Source: Callorhinchus milii (lineage: Eukaryota). From it: a stretch of 64,000 nt of DNA. Shown here in pieces: positions 26,099 to 38,821 of this stretch (position 1 is the first letter of the stretch; each line of letters begins with the position of its first letter). Below the pieces are notes generated by a model that was not told the DNA's origin, did no database searches, and worked only from the letters and a program-made list of their open reading frames with translations. The DNA is taken from NCBI RefSeq assembly GCF_018977255.1, contig NW_024704742.1, forward strand, positions 34,970,001-35,034,000. The letters run 5' to 3'. The translations under genes were made by a program, and so were the position numbers.

Positions 26099-27496
26099 GT
26101 ATGTACCTCTGGGCATGGTCTATGCAGCCCGTAGTTATCACATTTGCGTGACCTTCTATTCTGAATTATTTTGTACGACATGCAGGTCCCCACTGCAGGG
26201 AATGCTAAACCTAATCTGTGCATTTGCTATGTTTGGTATTAGTCATGGAAATTAAAATAACATTTTGGCCAATGTAAAAGGGCATATAGTACATCATTCT
26301 CTGTCACTGCAGAACAGTAAGCCCTTCTCAGTCTTGTTGTGCTAAGCAAAAACAGACCTGGAAGGTCCACCATCTGACCTCTGGCATATTCATGCTCAGT
26401 TGGCTGATCTCACCCGTGGTATTATAGGTGCTTCCTTTCATCTTGAGCTGGGGTTGGGATAGGGGGAGGAGGCGTGAAGAGGGGATAAAAATCAGCCTGG
26501 CTTTCCCTTCCTAGTCAATAGGCAATGACTCCTGCTGATAAATCCACAAGTTTATGTCAGATGTGGACAGGATTAAGATTTGCGGAGATACTTCTTCACC
26601 TTCATTAAGCAGCCTCCCTGCAGCCTATCAACAGAGGCTGCTTGGGGTTGAGTTGACAGGATGCTGGAAGTTTGCAACTGAATGAACCTGAGGCACGAGC
26701 TTTACTGAAGGGCTCTCGCTTCTCAGGTTCAAGAACATTATATACAGTAAAACCCGGCATTTCCAAACCCTGCAATTTAACATGTTTATCCTCTATTTCT
26801 GTGATTTAATGCTATGCTGTAACTATGCTAGTGCTGCCATCAATAAACAGAAACCAGTCCCTAAGGGCCTTTTGCCCACCATTGTGTACTGAGATTGTTA
26901 TCTGGACACCTTGCTAAATAATGCTGTCAACGGAATATTTAATGCCATAACGGGATCAAATGTAAGAAGCTGCCATGCTCGGCTCTGGCTGAAACGACAT
27001 TTTTTGCAATGGTTTGTGTTTCTGACAGCTGATCCCTATTCAATTTGTACTCCCTGTCAGCAATGAACCTAAAGTAATTTTAGCGTTCTTGTAGACACTA
27101 AGAGGAGGGGATGAGGAGAGAGGGTTAATTCAGGTAAGGCATTCATGGTCCTTTATTCTCTGATGGATTACAGTGCAGGGTTTTGCTATCACCCCAACTG
27201 AAATGTTTGCCTCTTCTTGCATCTCTCCTGAGTTGAGTCCTTTGCCTCAGTTACACCTCATTGTGGGATACACTATTTCTGAGAGTGGCGCGAGTGAGTA
27301 GCTTACTGCCGGCTGGGAGTGCTGCCAAAAGTGCGGAGAGAGAGAGAGAGAGTGATACCCGAGCTCTGCTCAATATCATCACATCTGAAATTCATTGGTC
27401 AATCTCATTCAGACTCCTTGTGCTTATTAAAACAAAATTGACCTTTAAAATGTTGGCTGTGTACCGGTGGTGAGTTTTACCGGCAGCAAGTTTTAT

Positions 27497-27619
27497 TGGG
27501 TCTAGATTTACTCTATTTGTGTAGCATTTCAGATTGTCCAGAATTTAGAAGCCTCAATTTTGAAGACGGTTTTCTGTAAGTTTATCTTCTGTAAGTTAAA
27601 TAGAGTAAATCTGGACCCA
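27497..27619. mobile_element. MITE-like element with TIRs TGGGTCTAGATTTACTCTATTT / AAATAGAGTAAATCTGGACCCA
   Basis: 22-bp TIR with one mismatch; related copies at ~39610-39720, 49711-49870 and ~51630-51807. Confidence 0.75.
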
Positions 27620-28366
27620 GAAGGCATTCATCCTAATTGATTAAAAAATTTTTTTTACAGCACTGCAATAAAAAAAAGTATTTAACCTGCAACACTAAAA
27701 GTGCATTTATTTTTTCACAAAGTTTAAAGACCGTGAGTGGTATTCACTGCTAAACAGCTCTGTGGCTCTAAACTAGCCACATACAAGTTTTCCATTTCAA
27801 TATTACTTCAAAGAGCTTGTTTAGAGCAGTGCTCTGTGACCACAAGTGTCTAAGGTTTCCCCTGTAAAATACAGACTATTCTGTGAAGCGCTTTGAGACG
27901 TCTTACCGAAGTAACAAAGTGCTATATCAAATGCAAGAATTACTGTTAATATTATTGTAAGGTGCTCTCATACTGCGTTGTTTCAACATGTTGAAAATGC
28001 CATTGCTAAAAATGTAGCAATTCCTTTTGAATAGTTTGTCACAATTGTTAACAGTATAGGTTTGTCATAATAATTTTCCTGTGACAATGTGCTAGAAGTA
28101 TAATCATTTGTTTTCAGCTGCACAAGCACAAATGAGCAATGTGACATGAAGTGAAAGTTATTATTTCAGTGGTTGTAGAATGTTATTCCAGGCTTGTTTC
28201 TTTGTGTTGAATACAATTCAATACAATTTGCATTTATATAGCACCTGTCATGTCGGGAGGCTCTCTCAAAGAGCTTGGGATGTAAGATGACTCACTTTGA
28301 TCTAAACTAAGATAGAGCGTGTGATAATTGAGTTTGATTGCAAAAACTGACTATTATTTCTCACAG

Positions 28367-28513
28367 CCTGCAGTAGCCAGTGTTTGACCTGTGAGTCGCG
28401 TTCTGCCTGTTTGTCCTGTAAAGACCCCGCTAAAGTTCTGCTGTTTGGGGAGTGCCAGTATGAGGCCTGCGCCCAGCAGTACTATCTTGACTACTCTACC
28501 ATGACATGCCGAG
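28367..28513 (+). CDS. FRAS1: FRAS1 furin-like exon (P)CSSQCLTCESRSACLSCKDPAKVLLFGECQYEACAQQYYLDYSTMTCR
   Basis: tcacag acceptor, G|gtaaga donor, 147 nt, phase 1-1; absent from the ORF track. Confidence 0.96.
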
Positions 28514-29769
28514 GTAAGAACAAGATGAATCTAGATTCTCTCTCAGTCTAGGATTCATTTTTTTTTGTCAGTTGCTGCGCTCTTCAAAGGCAAATAGTGA
28601 ACGAAACAGTGGGAACAGTGGGATTGAATGAATATTTTGCTCTGCAGACTCGATTGGCCGAATGGCCTCCTTCTGTCCTGTAAATATGTATGACTCTATG
28701 AATCAAGTCATAGAATTTCCAAGGAAACAAAACACAGGCTGACTTCATGCAAGTTCAAGGCAACTCAGCTCATTCAGAGTAGCCTCAGACTTCTGGTCGG
28801 CAAGTGTGTGATCATTTGCAGTGTGGCTTGGCCAGGATAGAGAATTGTGGCAACAGGATTATAGTAAATCTCTTTAGCTTGTGGATGATTTAATCCCCAA
28901 ATGATGAAGAATTTTACAAGGAAATTGATCTTGATCTGCTAAATCTGCCTGTACTCAAATTAGAAGGAAGGTTTCGGTATGATTTAGGAGTGACGCCACC
29001 TGCGATGGATTGGTCGGTGGAATTAATTTGGATTCAGAGTAAAGTCATGGTTAGGAAAGAATAAAAAGATATTTATTATATGCAGATTTGAAGTTTGCTA
29101 GGAGAGGCAATATGGACTGTGCAGAAAGCCTCTCTGAAATATATGTGTTCACTAACTCAGAAAGATTAGGATGCCTGTTTGTTGACTGAGAAATAAATAT
29201 TTGTATTGGCTTCAGGATGAATATGAATGTTGATGATTGTTAATGGGAATATTTGCATCAGAATTTATCCTGTGTCCAACATGTAATTTGTCGCTGTGTG
29301 AGTTAGCAGTAATGTGGAATGATTGCATTAGGTTATTACTGTGTAAAGAACACTTTATTACTGATGTCTAGTGGCCTGTCTCCACACACTGTTGCATTCA
29401 TTTATTATTTATTATTCGAGTGCTTTTTTGCCTTCACTGCTTTCATTATCGATCTTTTATTTCCTTTCGCTTAATTATAATTCCTCAAATCTGGTATTAT
29501 CTGGATTTTAACCTTAGAAGGAGAGAGGCTTGGGTGTCCTATTTATCCTAGAACTTGTAAAATAGCTATGTTTATGTTCCAATTTACACTTCAGAGTGAA
29601 TCCATAGCGGATTAGCTTCAGAACAAAATTTAAGGTGCAAACTCGGGATGAATGGAGCTGCTTCTAATGCCACAGTTATGTTGTCCACAATGCTGTCTTG
29701 TTGGCAGCTATGTAGTGCAATGGCTTTGACTGACAGTTGTTCCTCCACACCAACAACAGCAATTTTAGG

Positions 29770-30560
29770 TTTATAGAGCATCTTGCACTTCAGCAGGACA
29801 TCTCAAAGCCCTTCACTACTCGGAGCCCGAGCTCAGCTGGGGGTGGGGGAAGCTGAGAAGGGGGGCGTGAAAGGTTACCAAAAGTGCCATTGAAAAAATA
29901 TGGTTTTAAAGTGGGCTTTATCAACAACAATAAGAACAACAAAAGGCAGGGGATGTGAAGCAAGCCGGAGCTCGCTGAGTGGCGGAACGGGCAGGTTGGT
30001 AGGAGATCACAGAGGTAAGGGGAGTAAGGCCATGGAGGGCTTTGAAAGTGAGGCCCAGGATCTTGAACTGTATCCTCTGTGATGGGAAGCCAGTGGAGTC
30101 GGGCGAGGATGGGGGTGATAGGGTTACAGAGCCTGGTGCAGGAGACGACAAGGGTTGCAGAGTTCTAGATGATCTGCAGCCTATTAAGGGGAGGCCGACA
30201 GGTAGGGAGTTTGCGTAGTCGAGCCTAGACCCGTGTATGAAGATCTCGGCAGGTTGCAGTGTGAGCCAGTGGCGGAACCGGGCGATGTTGCAGAGGTGGC
30301 AGAAGGCAGAGCGAGTCATGGCGTGGATGTGGGGTAGAAAGAACAGTTGAAAGTGAAACAAGATGCCAAGATTCCGGACTCGCTTGGTAAGGTGGAGTGT
30401 GCATCCATGGATGGTGAGGCTGTCAGTGCCTGAGGTGTTGAGGTGCTGATGGGAGACAATCAGGAGAGCTTCGATCTGGTTGAAAGTTAGCTCTCATCCA
30501 GGACTTGATGTCTGACAGATAATCTATCAGGACACCAAGGGTTCTGGAGTCGAGGGTGGA
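29770..30560 (-). mobile_element. L2-clade LINE fragment (RT C-terminus and 3' end)
   Basis: ORF 29921-30361(-) reads SAFCHLCNIAR..L...AEIFIH.SRLDYANSL..GLP...RIQFKIL.LTFKALHGL, a hallmark of L2 ORF2; frameshifted. Confidence 0.88.
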
Positions 30561-30804
30561 GGCAGGTTTTAAAGGTTTGCAAGGCATCATAGGCACAAAG
30601 TGTGTTATCTGATGGAAGGAGCATATTGAGCAGATGGCATTCTCACACTCATTCCGCAAGGGCAAGGTTCTGTTTCCTGTAGTAATCCTTTTACAGATGA
30701 AATTGTGCCATAGTGGAGACTATGAAAAGCACAGTGTAAACAAGGTAGTTTCTACACCTTTGACAACTGGTGTTGATTCTGCAAAATGAGAGAGATAGAG
30801 AGAA

Positions 30805-31156
30805 ATTGATCACATAGTCTAAGATGACACTCCAGTACAGTATTGTGGGGGGTGTTGCATTGTCGAAGGTTCTGTCCTTCGAATAAGATGTTAACCAAGG
30901 TCCCATTAAAGATCCCTTGGCACTATTCGAAAAGTGAAGGGAGTTTTTCCTGATGTCCTGGCCAACAATTCCCCCCAATAAAAATCGATTACACCGTGGC
31001 TGTTTGTGGGACATTGCTGAGGTCAACTGGCAGCCACATATTACCCACAAAATACACAGTCAAAAAACACTTTACAGTAAATCCTGTGAAGTGCTGTGAG
31101 ATGTCTCAATGAAGTGATAAGGCACTAGATCAAATGCAAGGTTTACTATTATTATT
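30805..31156 (+). mobile_element. Older Deu-domain SINE, 5' truncated
   Basis: GACACTCCAGTACAGT..AAAGATCCCTTGGCACTATTCGAA..GTCCTGGCCAAC..GCTGTTTGTGGGAC, ATT tail. Confidence 0.8.
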
Positions 31157-32918
31157 AGAGAGGTCAGTCTGCATTAGGTAGATATTGTATTGAGCATATT
31201 TGTTTACTCAGTGTCAGCCAGCTGTGACAATGTGGCAAGAATGATACACTGCGGAGTTTCAAATCCAGGCTGCATTGTGTTGAACCCACTAGCTACCCTG
31301 GATCTTATGATAATAATAACCATAATAATGATTAACACCAATTTTCTGTAACCTGATTTAAGTTGCAATATAGGATGCATGCAGGAGTCACTGTTACATT
31401 ATTCTCAGTTTCCATGCTGCAGTCCTCGACCTTCAAACACTTTCTTTTATCCCGCTGATGCTGCACACTGCAACACGCTCGGATAATGTTTTTAAATACT
31501 ATCATTCAAAAGCCCAATGAACTGTTGGCTTTGCTCCAGGTATCTTCTCCACTTCCTTGCATTCCTTTTGTAAAACACTCGATACCAGATGCTGTTTAGT
31601 AAAAAGAAATTGTGCAGAAGAAGCCTGTAAAATAAGCTTCCACCCCAGTGTCAGGCAGATATGAAAAGTCACTCCCTGGCCTTAAATGTGTTATACCCAC
31701 TGTCTGCATCACCTATGTGGTGTTAGAGTGAAAACAAAACTAGTCCTACTCCAAAGCAACTTCTTTTGTGATTGTTTTCCAATTTTTTCCCTTCCTCCCG
31801 AAGGCAGTGACCCTTGTTGGAGTACAGTTCATTGTGCATGAATAGACCTGGTACTTGCCCAGGGAGCTATTCTTCATGCATGAGTCTGGTCAATGAGTGC
31901 TAGTGATAAAGAGGGGAGATGGGGGTCACTGGAGATGTGAAGAGAGGGAACTGTGCCTCACTTTTCCCCTCCCTAGCTCCAGTTCCAGAGGTGCATGACA
32001 TAGGCAAGAAGATACCCAGTAGAGCAGTCTTCCCAAAAAACATATGGCGAAAGATGGATTAGGTCAGGATCTTCAAAGTGATGGATCATTTTAAAATTTA
32101 CATCTTCCATGGTTTCAAAATTATAGATGTAAGAGCATTGTAAGGGGATTTTGGTAAAACAGTAGTTAATGAGGGTTATTCAGCATTAATTTCTATTTGA
32201 TCAGTAAAAGGGAGGTGAAGCCATTGTTGATTATTGAAGCGTCGTAAGTGACAAAGAATGAATAATAATAATAATGAAGAAGAATGAATGGTTTCAGCAG
32301 AAGAGAAAAGCTGCCAGATTTAATTTTGCTTGATAGAAAGTTAAATATTTGGAGGAATTATCCAGGCGGGGAAAATGTTAAAGAGAGAATTCAGTGAGGT
32401 GGGAAGAGATGTTTTCCAGCTGCAAGAGGTTGACGTCAGGTGAACCAGGAGAGCCAAGGAAAACAGCATGAATAATAATCATTGCATTTGATATCACACA
32501 TTTATGCAGTCAAAATGTCTCAAATTGGTTCACAAGATTTTTATGTTTCTGTGAAGCATAGTGAATATTTTATCTCTGCTTTTCACAGTGACTAAGTACA
32601 ATGTGCATTACCTTCTAAAAGCCAAGTGCACTTAGATTTCAAACACCTGATGCCTGAAGAAGGGTAAAAACCAAATTCTGGTACCTGGTGTGAGAATTCC
32701 TGCATCACTGAGAGAGCCATGGAAACAGTGTAAAATCATCGATAGCACGTTACATTCTGAAGCCACCTCTACTAATGGTTTTCATTGGATCAGAACTTAA
32801 ATTTAACTTGTTTGCTGCTGACTGTTTCTTTTATCCTTTTGATACATTTTCCTTGAATATTTGATGGCACCTTAGCATAACTTTACGGGGAAAAAGTAAC
32901 ACCTATATATTTTGACAG

Positions 32919-33059
32919 AATGTGACTGGAGTTGCAATTCTTGTAATGGACCCCTCAGAAGCGACTGCCTGCAGTGCATGGATGGCTACATATTGCAAGA
33001 AGGATCCTGTGTTAAGCAGTGTTCATCAGGCTTTTACAAAGCAGGGGAAGAATGCATGC
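32919..33059 (+). CDS. FRAS1: FRAS1 furin-like exon (E)CDWSCNSCNGPLRSDCLQCMDGYILQEGSCVKQCSSGFYKAGEECM
   Basis: gacag acceptor, C|gtaagt donor, 141 nt, phase 1-1. Confidence 0.96.
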
Positions 33060-33332
33060 GTAAGTCTATATCATCTCCTATTATGCTTGACTAAGATGCT
33101 GATTTACTTTTTTTTCTATTTGATATGTTTTGATTGTCAAATAAAATAGGGATTTGATCAATCATAAAACAGAACTTAATTGACGATTAGAAACCAATGG
33201 CAACTTAAATCAGTTGTTTCAGCTCAATTATTGCTAGAAAAAGAGATTTTAAAAATCCTTTTGTTTCAGTAGAAATAAATTTGTTTCTGCCAACTAACCA
33301 ACTAAGATATCTTTCATTTCTATATTCTATAG

Positions 33333-33473
33333 CTTGCAATGAGCATTGTTCACACTGCACTGGGCCCAGTCTCTGTAGCCGGTGTGAAGCACCTTACCTC
33401 CTGTTAGAAACACAATGTGTTCATGTCTGTGCGAAAAGATATTACTCCGATGACAGCCAGCACAAATGCATAG
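33333..33473 (+). CDS. FRAS1: FRAS1 furin-like exon (P)CNEHCSHCTGPSLCSRCEAPYLLLETQCVHVCAKRYYSDDSQHKCI
   Basis: ctatag acceptor, G|gtaaag donor, 141 nt, phase 1-1. Confidence 0.95.
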
Positions 33474-33917
33474 GTAAAGATGAATTACTTTTTCTGTGCT
33501 GGAAGGCAAAATATTTATGCTGTATTAAGTTTGCAGGTTACAAGAATGTACTATTATAAAACGTCAATTTAATTTGTGTTTTGCATTTGAATAAGTTGTT
33601 GCAGAGGTGTTGATTGTTCAGTAAATATTTTCTAAGACGAAAAGACTGTTATTTTATCACAGACTTCATCTAGGGCAGGAACATTACAAAGATAAAGAGC
33701 TCAGAATAGGTGCTTTGTGATTCTTGATGAGCAGGATCTGACGCAACTCCTAGTGCAGCAGTTTCGCTCTGTATTATCCGTAAAATATCATATTCAATCA
33801 TTTGTTCTTCCAAAGTCTGTCACAAATTCTAATTGTCTTATCTAATATTTACTCTGAAGTGTCACAGTCAGCCTTGTTTCATTTCTCGTTTTCTCTTGCT
33901 ATTTCATCAATGGGCAG

Positions 33918-34057
33918 CATGTTCCACTGGATGTTTAGAGTGTGACAGCGCCTTGAGATGCACACTGTGTGACAGTCCCACTTCCTGAAGAATGGGCTCT
34001 GTGTTGCTGATTGTGGTCCAGGGTACAATGGTAATACACACAAGCACGTGTGCGAAG
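33918..34057 (+). CDS. FRAS1: FRAS1 last furin-like exon, with an apparent 1-bp deletion: (A)CSTGCLECDSALRCTLCDS / HFLKNGLCVADCGPGYNGNTHKHVCE
   Basis: gcag acceptor, AAG|gtaaga donor, 140 nt (141 is needed to keep phase 1-1). The two halves match human CPQGCLQC...FLKSGLCV in different frames. Confidence 0.9.
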
Positions 34058-35029
34058 GTAAGAACCTGCGAAAGAATGCAACCCTTATTTCTACTGGTTG
34101 TGTTTTCTCTTTCCATTTGGGAATAAACGATGAATTCCTATTTGTGCAAAACAAAGTGACTCTGAAGTCTATAAAGAGATAAGAAATAACCAGATAGACT
34201 TTATCAATCCATCAATTCCAGGGAAAGGTGGGGACTGTGGTGCTGATCAGGATCAGAGATTCAGTGGAGCACAGATTCCAAGAGAGCCAGACAAGGTTTT
34301 AATCTAGGAACGTGTACATAGATTAGCCTGACATACATGGTGCAGAGTCTAGTGTTTCAGGTGCTATCAGCTTGCTGTTTTGCTGACTGCAGGGCTGTGT
34401 TTTATACTCTTCAAAGACGAGTCTTGTGATTAATTCTATCTAGTCTTTCAGGCCATTTTGCCTTAAAATCTGAGATGACATAGAATTGTGGAAAATCCTT
34501 AAATTAAGTCTATTTTTTAATTTAGTGTGTACATTTTTTTTCAAATTTTCTCCCCATTGGCACATGCCTCTCTGCTCCTGGTCTCACCTCCTCTCGCTGA
34601 GGTGCAGGTCCACAGGCACCGGATTACCCTTTAGTACTGCCTCTTTGAGCCTTTACATTGAATGTCAGCTACCTATTCCACTGTAGAGGATGTTACAGCT
34701 GACCTGACCTCTCCCCACCCAGCTGCTACACATGCACAACCAGTGGACAATGCTGTAGAGGCACCAAGAGCAGGAACCTTGATTCATTTCCCCTCCCTAC
34801 CCCTGGATAGGCTGGGGCCAATTTGCAGCCTGAGGCCAGGTCAATTTAAGAGCTAGTTTGCTGTAGCAACTTCCAATTGAAGAATTTTCCACTATTCTGT
34901 GGAATCTTGAATTTTAAGAAAAAATTGGCATACAGACTAAAATTAGGTCGAATTTTTGTTTTCTTAAGATTCAGGTGGGTGGTTATTGTATCAGTGGAAC
35001 TGTTACCCTAACCCTAAGCCCTATCAAAC

Positions 35030-35440
35030 TATTATCCTCACCCACACCAAACTCTGTACCCTAGTCCTTGCCAGGCTCCACTGGCTCCCTATTACAGAAA
35101 TAATCGATTTATGTTCATGCAAAAAATTACTTCAAGCCATGGTACCTCCCTCTGACTTGCTTACTCCCCACTCCACTAACCGCCTCCTTTGCTCAGCCGG
35201 CACGGGCACCTGCATGGCTCTCGTCCCTTCTGCTACACCATTGGTAGCCATGCTTTCAGCCACTATGCAACAAAACTATGCCTCCTCTTAGTCTGTTTTC
35301 AGATGACATTTGAAGTCCTCCCTCTTTGACTGTGCCTACAGTCACCTCTCCCTGGTTTGGCATCAAGCTCCGCCACTGTTAAATGTTTTGAGACACGAGC
35401 CCGCATGAATAGCACTATGTAAATGCTAGTTGTTGTTATT
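35030..35440 (+). mobile_element. L2-clade LINE 3' fragment
   Basis: VLARLHWLPI motif; the tail GCACTATGTAAATGCTAGTTGTTG resembles the SINE 3' ends. Confidence 0.72.
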
Positions 35441-36534
35441 AAAATGCTCAATAAAACCTGGTGCTTTTATGGATTGCTAACATCTGGGGGCAGTCTTACA
35501 TAGATTGTACATCCCAGAAAAAGGTCACGGAGCCCAATTAATCCATTCTGGTGTTTGTACTCTACATGAGGTCATGGAATCGGGCAATGTGTATTTTAGA
35601 TTATTTGAGGTTAGCCGCTAAATCCATATGGCTGTTGGCCAGTAATGATAAATGAGAGGACAACAACGCAAGTTTAAGATGAGTCAATCTTAAGCACCAC
35701 AGTGTGTATATGTTAGTACAGTTTATCGTGCCAGGCATTGATTTGACATGAATGATCCTTAACTTTACCACAGTTGCTGCAGTGGTAAAATGTAAAACTG
35801 CCAATATGCTTAAAGTAAGGAGATCTTTAATCCCATTAGCTCACTAAGCTTTTTTACAGTGTAATATTTTAGCTATGATTTTAATAAGGTAAATAAAGAC
35901 AGTTCTCTTTAAGACAAAAGAGATGATTACACTAGCAACAGGAACAAGAAACAAGTAACAATACGATTTATTGAGTGAGTGAGCGAGCGAGCAACTCCGA
36001 CCAATCCAATGTGCTGGTAAACTGCCTGGTCGGCAATATAATGGTATGGTGTATGATTCAGTGGATACCTGTTATAAAGCACTTCAGAGCTGGACTGTGG
36101 ACACTGACATTTGCTTACCTAACAAATCCAAAAGTTGCATCTCAGCTCCATCAGCCTTCGGAACATCGGCTGGTTTGCCGGAAGGCAAAATAACCCACTT
36201 TCAGATCCTCAGGTTACTTCTGCAGATAGTCATACTCGATGTCCCAGAAGATATCCTTTTTGTCTTCCTACCCACTGATTGGCTATCATGGTGAAATGCA
36301 GATGGAGCCGTCAAACTTTCTGTGCTGATGTGCAGTGAATGCAGAAGGGCTGGCCAGTGATACTGTCTTGCTTTAACCCTGGTTGGAATTTTATGGACCC
36401 CAACAACCATTGTAACAGGGTTCCACCATAACTGTCCAACTAGCATTCGTATACCTTAATATTTTAGATGGTGGGGTTGAAAAAATGGTAATCCTCGTCA
36501 ATCTCTAATTTGGTAAATAATTTGGTTGTTGCAG

Positions 36535-36805
36535 TTAATGTTCAAGCACCCACCCTACGTAGAACCAGTCCAGTACTTGTGGAAATCGGCGGAACTGAGG
36601 CACTAAACACTTCTTTCATCAGCCTGCGTGATCCTGACACACCAGTTGAAAACCTAATTTTCCATATTGTCAGCCCGCCTGCCAATGGGAAACTGATTAA
36701 AATGGAAAAGGGCAAGGAAATCCATCTTCAGAAAGGAAGCACTTTCACTGTCAAGGAGATCAGAGAGCAAAACATCCGATTTGTTCACGACAAAGAAAAA
36801 TCAAG
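36535..36805 (+). CDS. FRAS1: FRAS1 exon, first CSPG repeat (V)NVQAPTLRRTSPVLVEIGG...FHIVSPPANGKL...IRFVHDKEKS(R)
   Basis: ttgcag acceptor, AG|gtaagt donor, 271 nt, phase 1-2. Confidence 0.95.
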
Positions 36806-37539
36806 GTAAGTGCAGCTTTAATGGGAGAAAAATGTTACAATATTCATTGCAAATGCTGGAATCCTTCAGTGTATAACTGACACTTGGGCCAGCGATGCCA
36901 ATGTGGTATGAGGATCAGAATTTTTTTGCCTTGGTTTCGGAGCAACTATATGTTGTTCCAACACATAAAATTTAATAATAATAAAACATGAATACTAGCC
37001 TTTGTTATAGTACATGCTCACATTGAAAAAAATCAAAGCATTTTACATTAAGTGTGTTGTGGTTGTTACTGCTTTTATTTAAGCAAATGTGGAAGCTAAT
37101 CTGGCCAACATTGTCTCCCAAACTGCAATGATATGAATGATTAATTCATCTGATTTCTGATGAAAGGTACTCTATTCTAGTCACAAACTTTTCTAATAGA
37201 TTTAATACGTGTACTTGCACAGGAATCGCTCATATGGTTGGCAATATTGCAATATTTCCACACAAAATAGTAACTTAAACATTTCACAATAACAGATTGC
37301 AGGAATCAATTTTGTGAAATCAGGAACAGATTGTGCTAGAAACACAATTTGCGTGCCAGTTGTTGAATGTAATATTTGCTACTGAATGAACAGTTTTATG
37401 GGACATTGCAGCTTTAATAATGCATTTAATGGTGGAAACCTTTGGTGCATTATTATACGTGAGGCCAGAGCTTTTAGTTTAGGAAGACATTGTGACTTCC
37501 AAGTGTAAGCTTGGGGTAGATTTGTTTCAGATTAGGGAT

Positions 37540-37890
37540 AATCATAATAATAATAATCCTTTCAATTGATATAGATTTTTTTCAGGTCAGGAAGACTTCT
37601 CAAAGGGTTTCACAAGGTTTACTGTAAAGTGTAGTGACTTGGTAACCTGAAGGTGATTGCGGCAGGCACTTTGTGCACAGCAATTCCCCACAAACAGTCA
37701 TGTAGTGAATGATCATTTTTTATTTGGAGAAATGTTGGCCAAGACACTGGGAGGCATACCCTTCTCTTCTCAAATAGTGCCATGGGATCTTTAACGTCAA
37801 TATGATCAGATTTAACGGTTAAACCTCGATTTAACATCTCATCTGAAGGATGTCACCTCCAACAATCAGCACATCCACAGCATTGCATTG
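37540..37890 (-). mobile_element. Older Deu-domain SINE
   Basis: Reverse complement of the 30805-31156 family (AATAGTGCCATGGGATCTTTAAC, TTAACATCTCATCTGAAGGA). Confidence 0.78.
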
Positions 37891-38821
37891 GGTTTCAGTT
37901 TAATGGACCCAAAAATCCAAGGAATCATGCTTGTCAGCAATATAGCATTTACTTGCACGTAGAAAAATAACATTTATGTTAGCTCAGCATCCACTTTGAA
38001 CTCTGGACAAAATATAGGTTCTGATTCCAATCTCTAATAACAAAGAAAAGCTCTGAGATGCTATCCCATGTAAAGGGCACGATATAAATGCAAGTTGTTA
38101 ATGTTGATGACTGCTGTCAGGTGGGATGGTTCACAGCCAGCAGGACTGAACCTGTGATACAAAGCAGCGCAAAACTAGCCACTTTACTGGCCAGTGTTGC
38201 TAAAACTAACTATCCGAGCAAACTGCTTCCTTGTCCAATTTATATATTAAAAAAAACTCAACGGATTCATCCATCACATTGTTGTTTGACATTTTGCTGT
38301 TCAATGCATTTCTTGCCCGTATAACGGCAAAAGTAACTCATTGTCAGTGAAGCACTTTGAGCCGTTGTGATATAATCGGCTGTTTCAAATATGAGTGGTA
38401 TGGGTGTCCACAATAATTCTTTGACTCCTGTAAATCTGCCTAAGCTTGGGAAAAATAATACATTGGTTTTATTTTATTCCATTTACTTAAATGAGATGCA
38501 ATGATTAGAATATCGAGAGCTACTCAGAAACTGTGGAGCCTACTGTGGAAGTCAGATGGGATTTCTGAATCAAGAAGGAATAATTTGTATTCTTTGCAAT
38601 TTATAGATGAAAGCTTTATAAACTGATGCACTTCAGTGCTACACAGGATATTTATTGCCTTGTCAGAAAAAACGATTATTTCCTGCAGTGATTCAACACT
38701 GATGGTGTTATGGTATTTAGTATTTGTGTACTTTATATTAAACTCTATTTCTTAACATATCATCCAACAGCCAGGGCTGTACATTATATGGTGTGTCAAC
38801 AATTCCGTGAAACACAGACTC

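Noticed and set aside
1..34057. PCSK5/PCSK6 or R-spondin as the source of the furin-like repeats
   Set aside because: The repeats splice directly into CSPG/NG2 repeats and match FRAS1-specific peptides.
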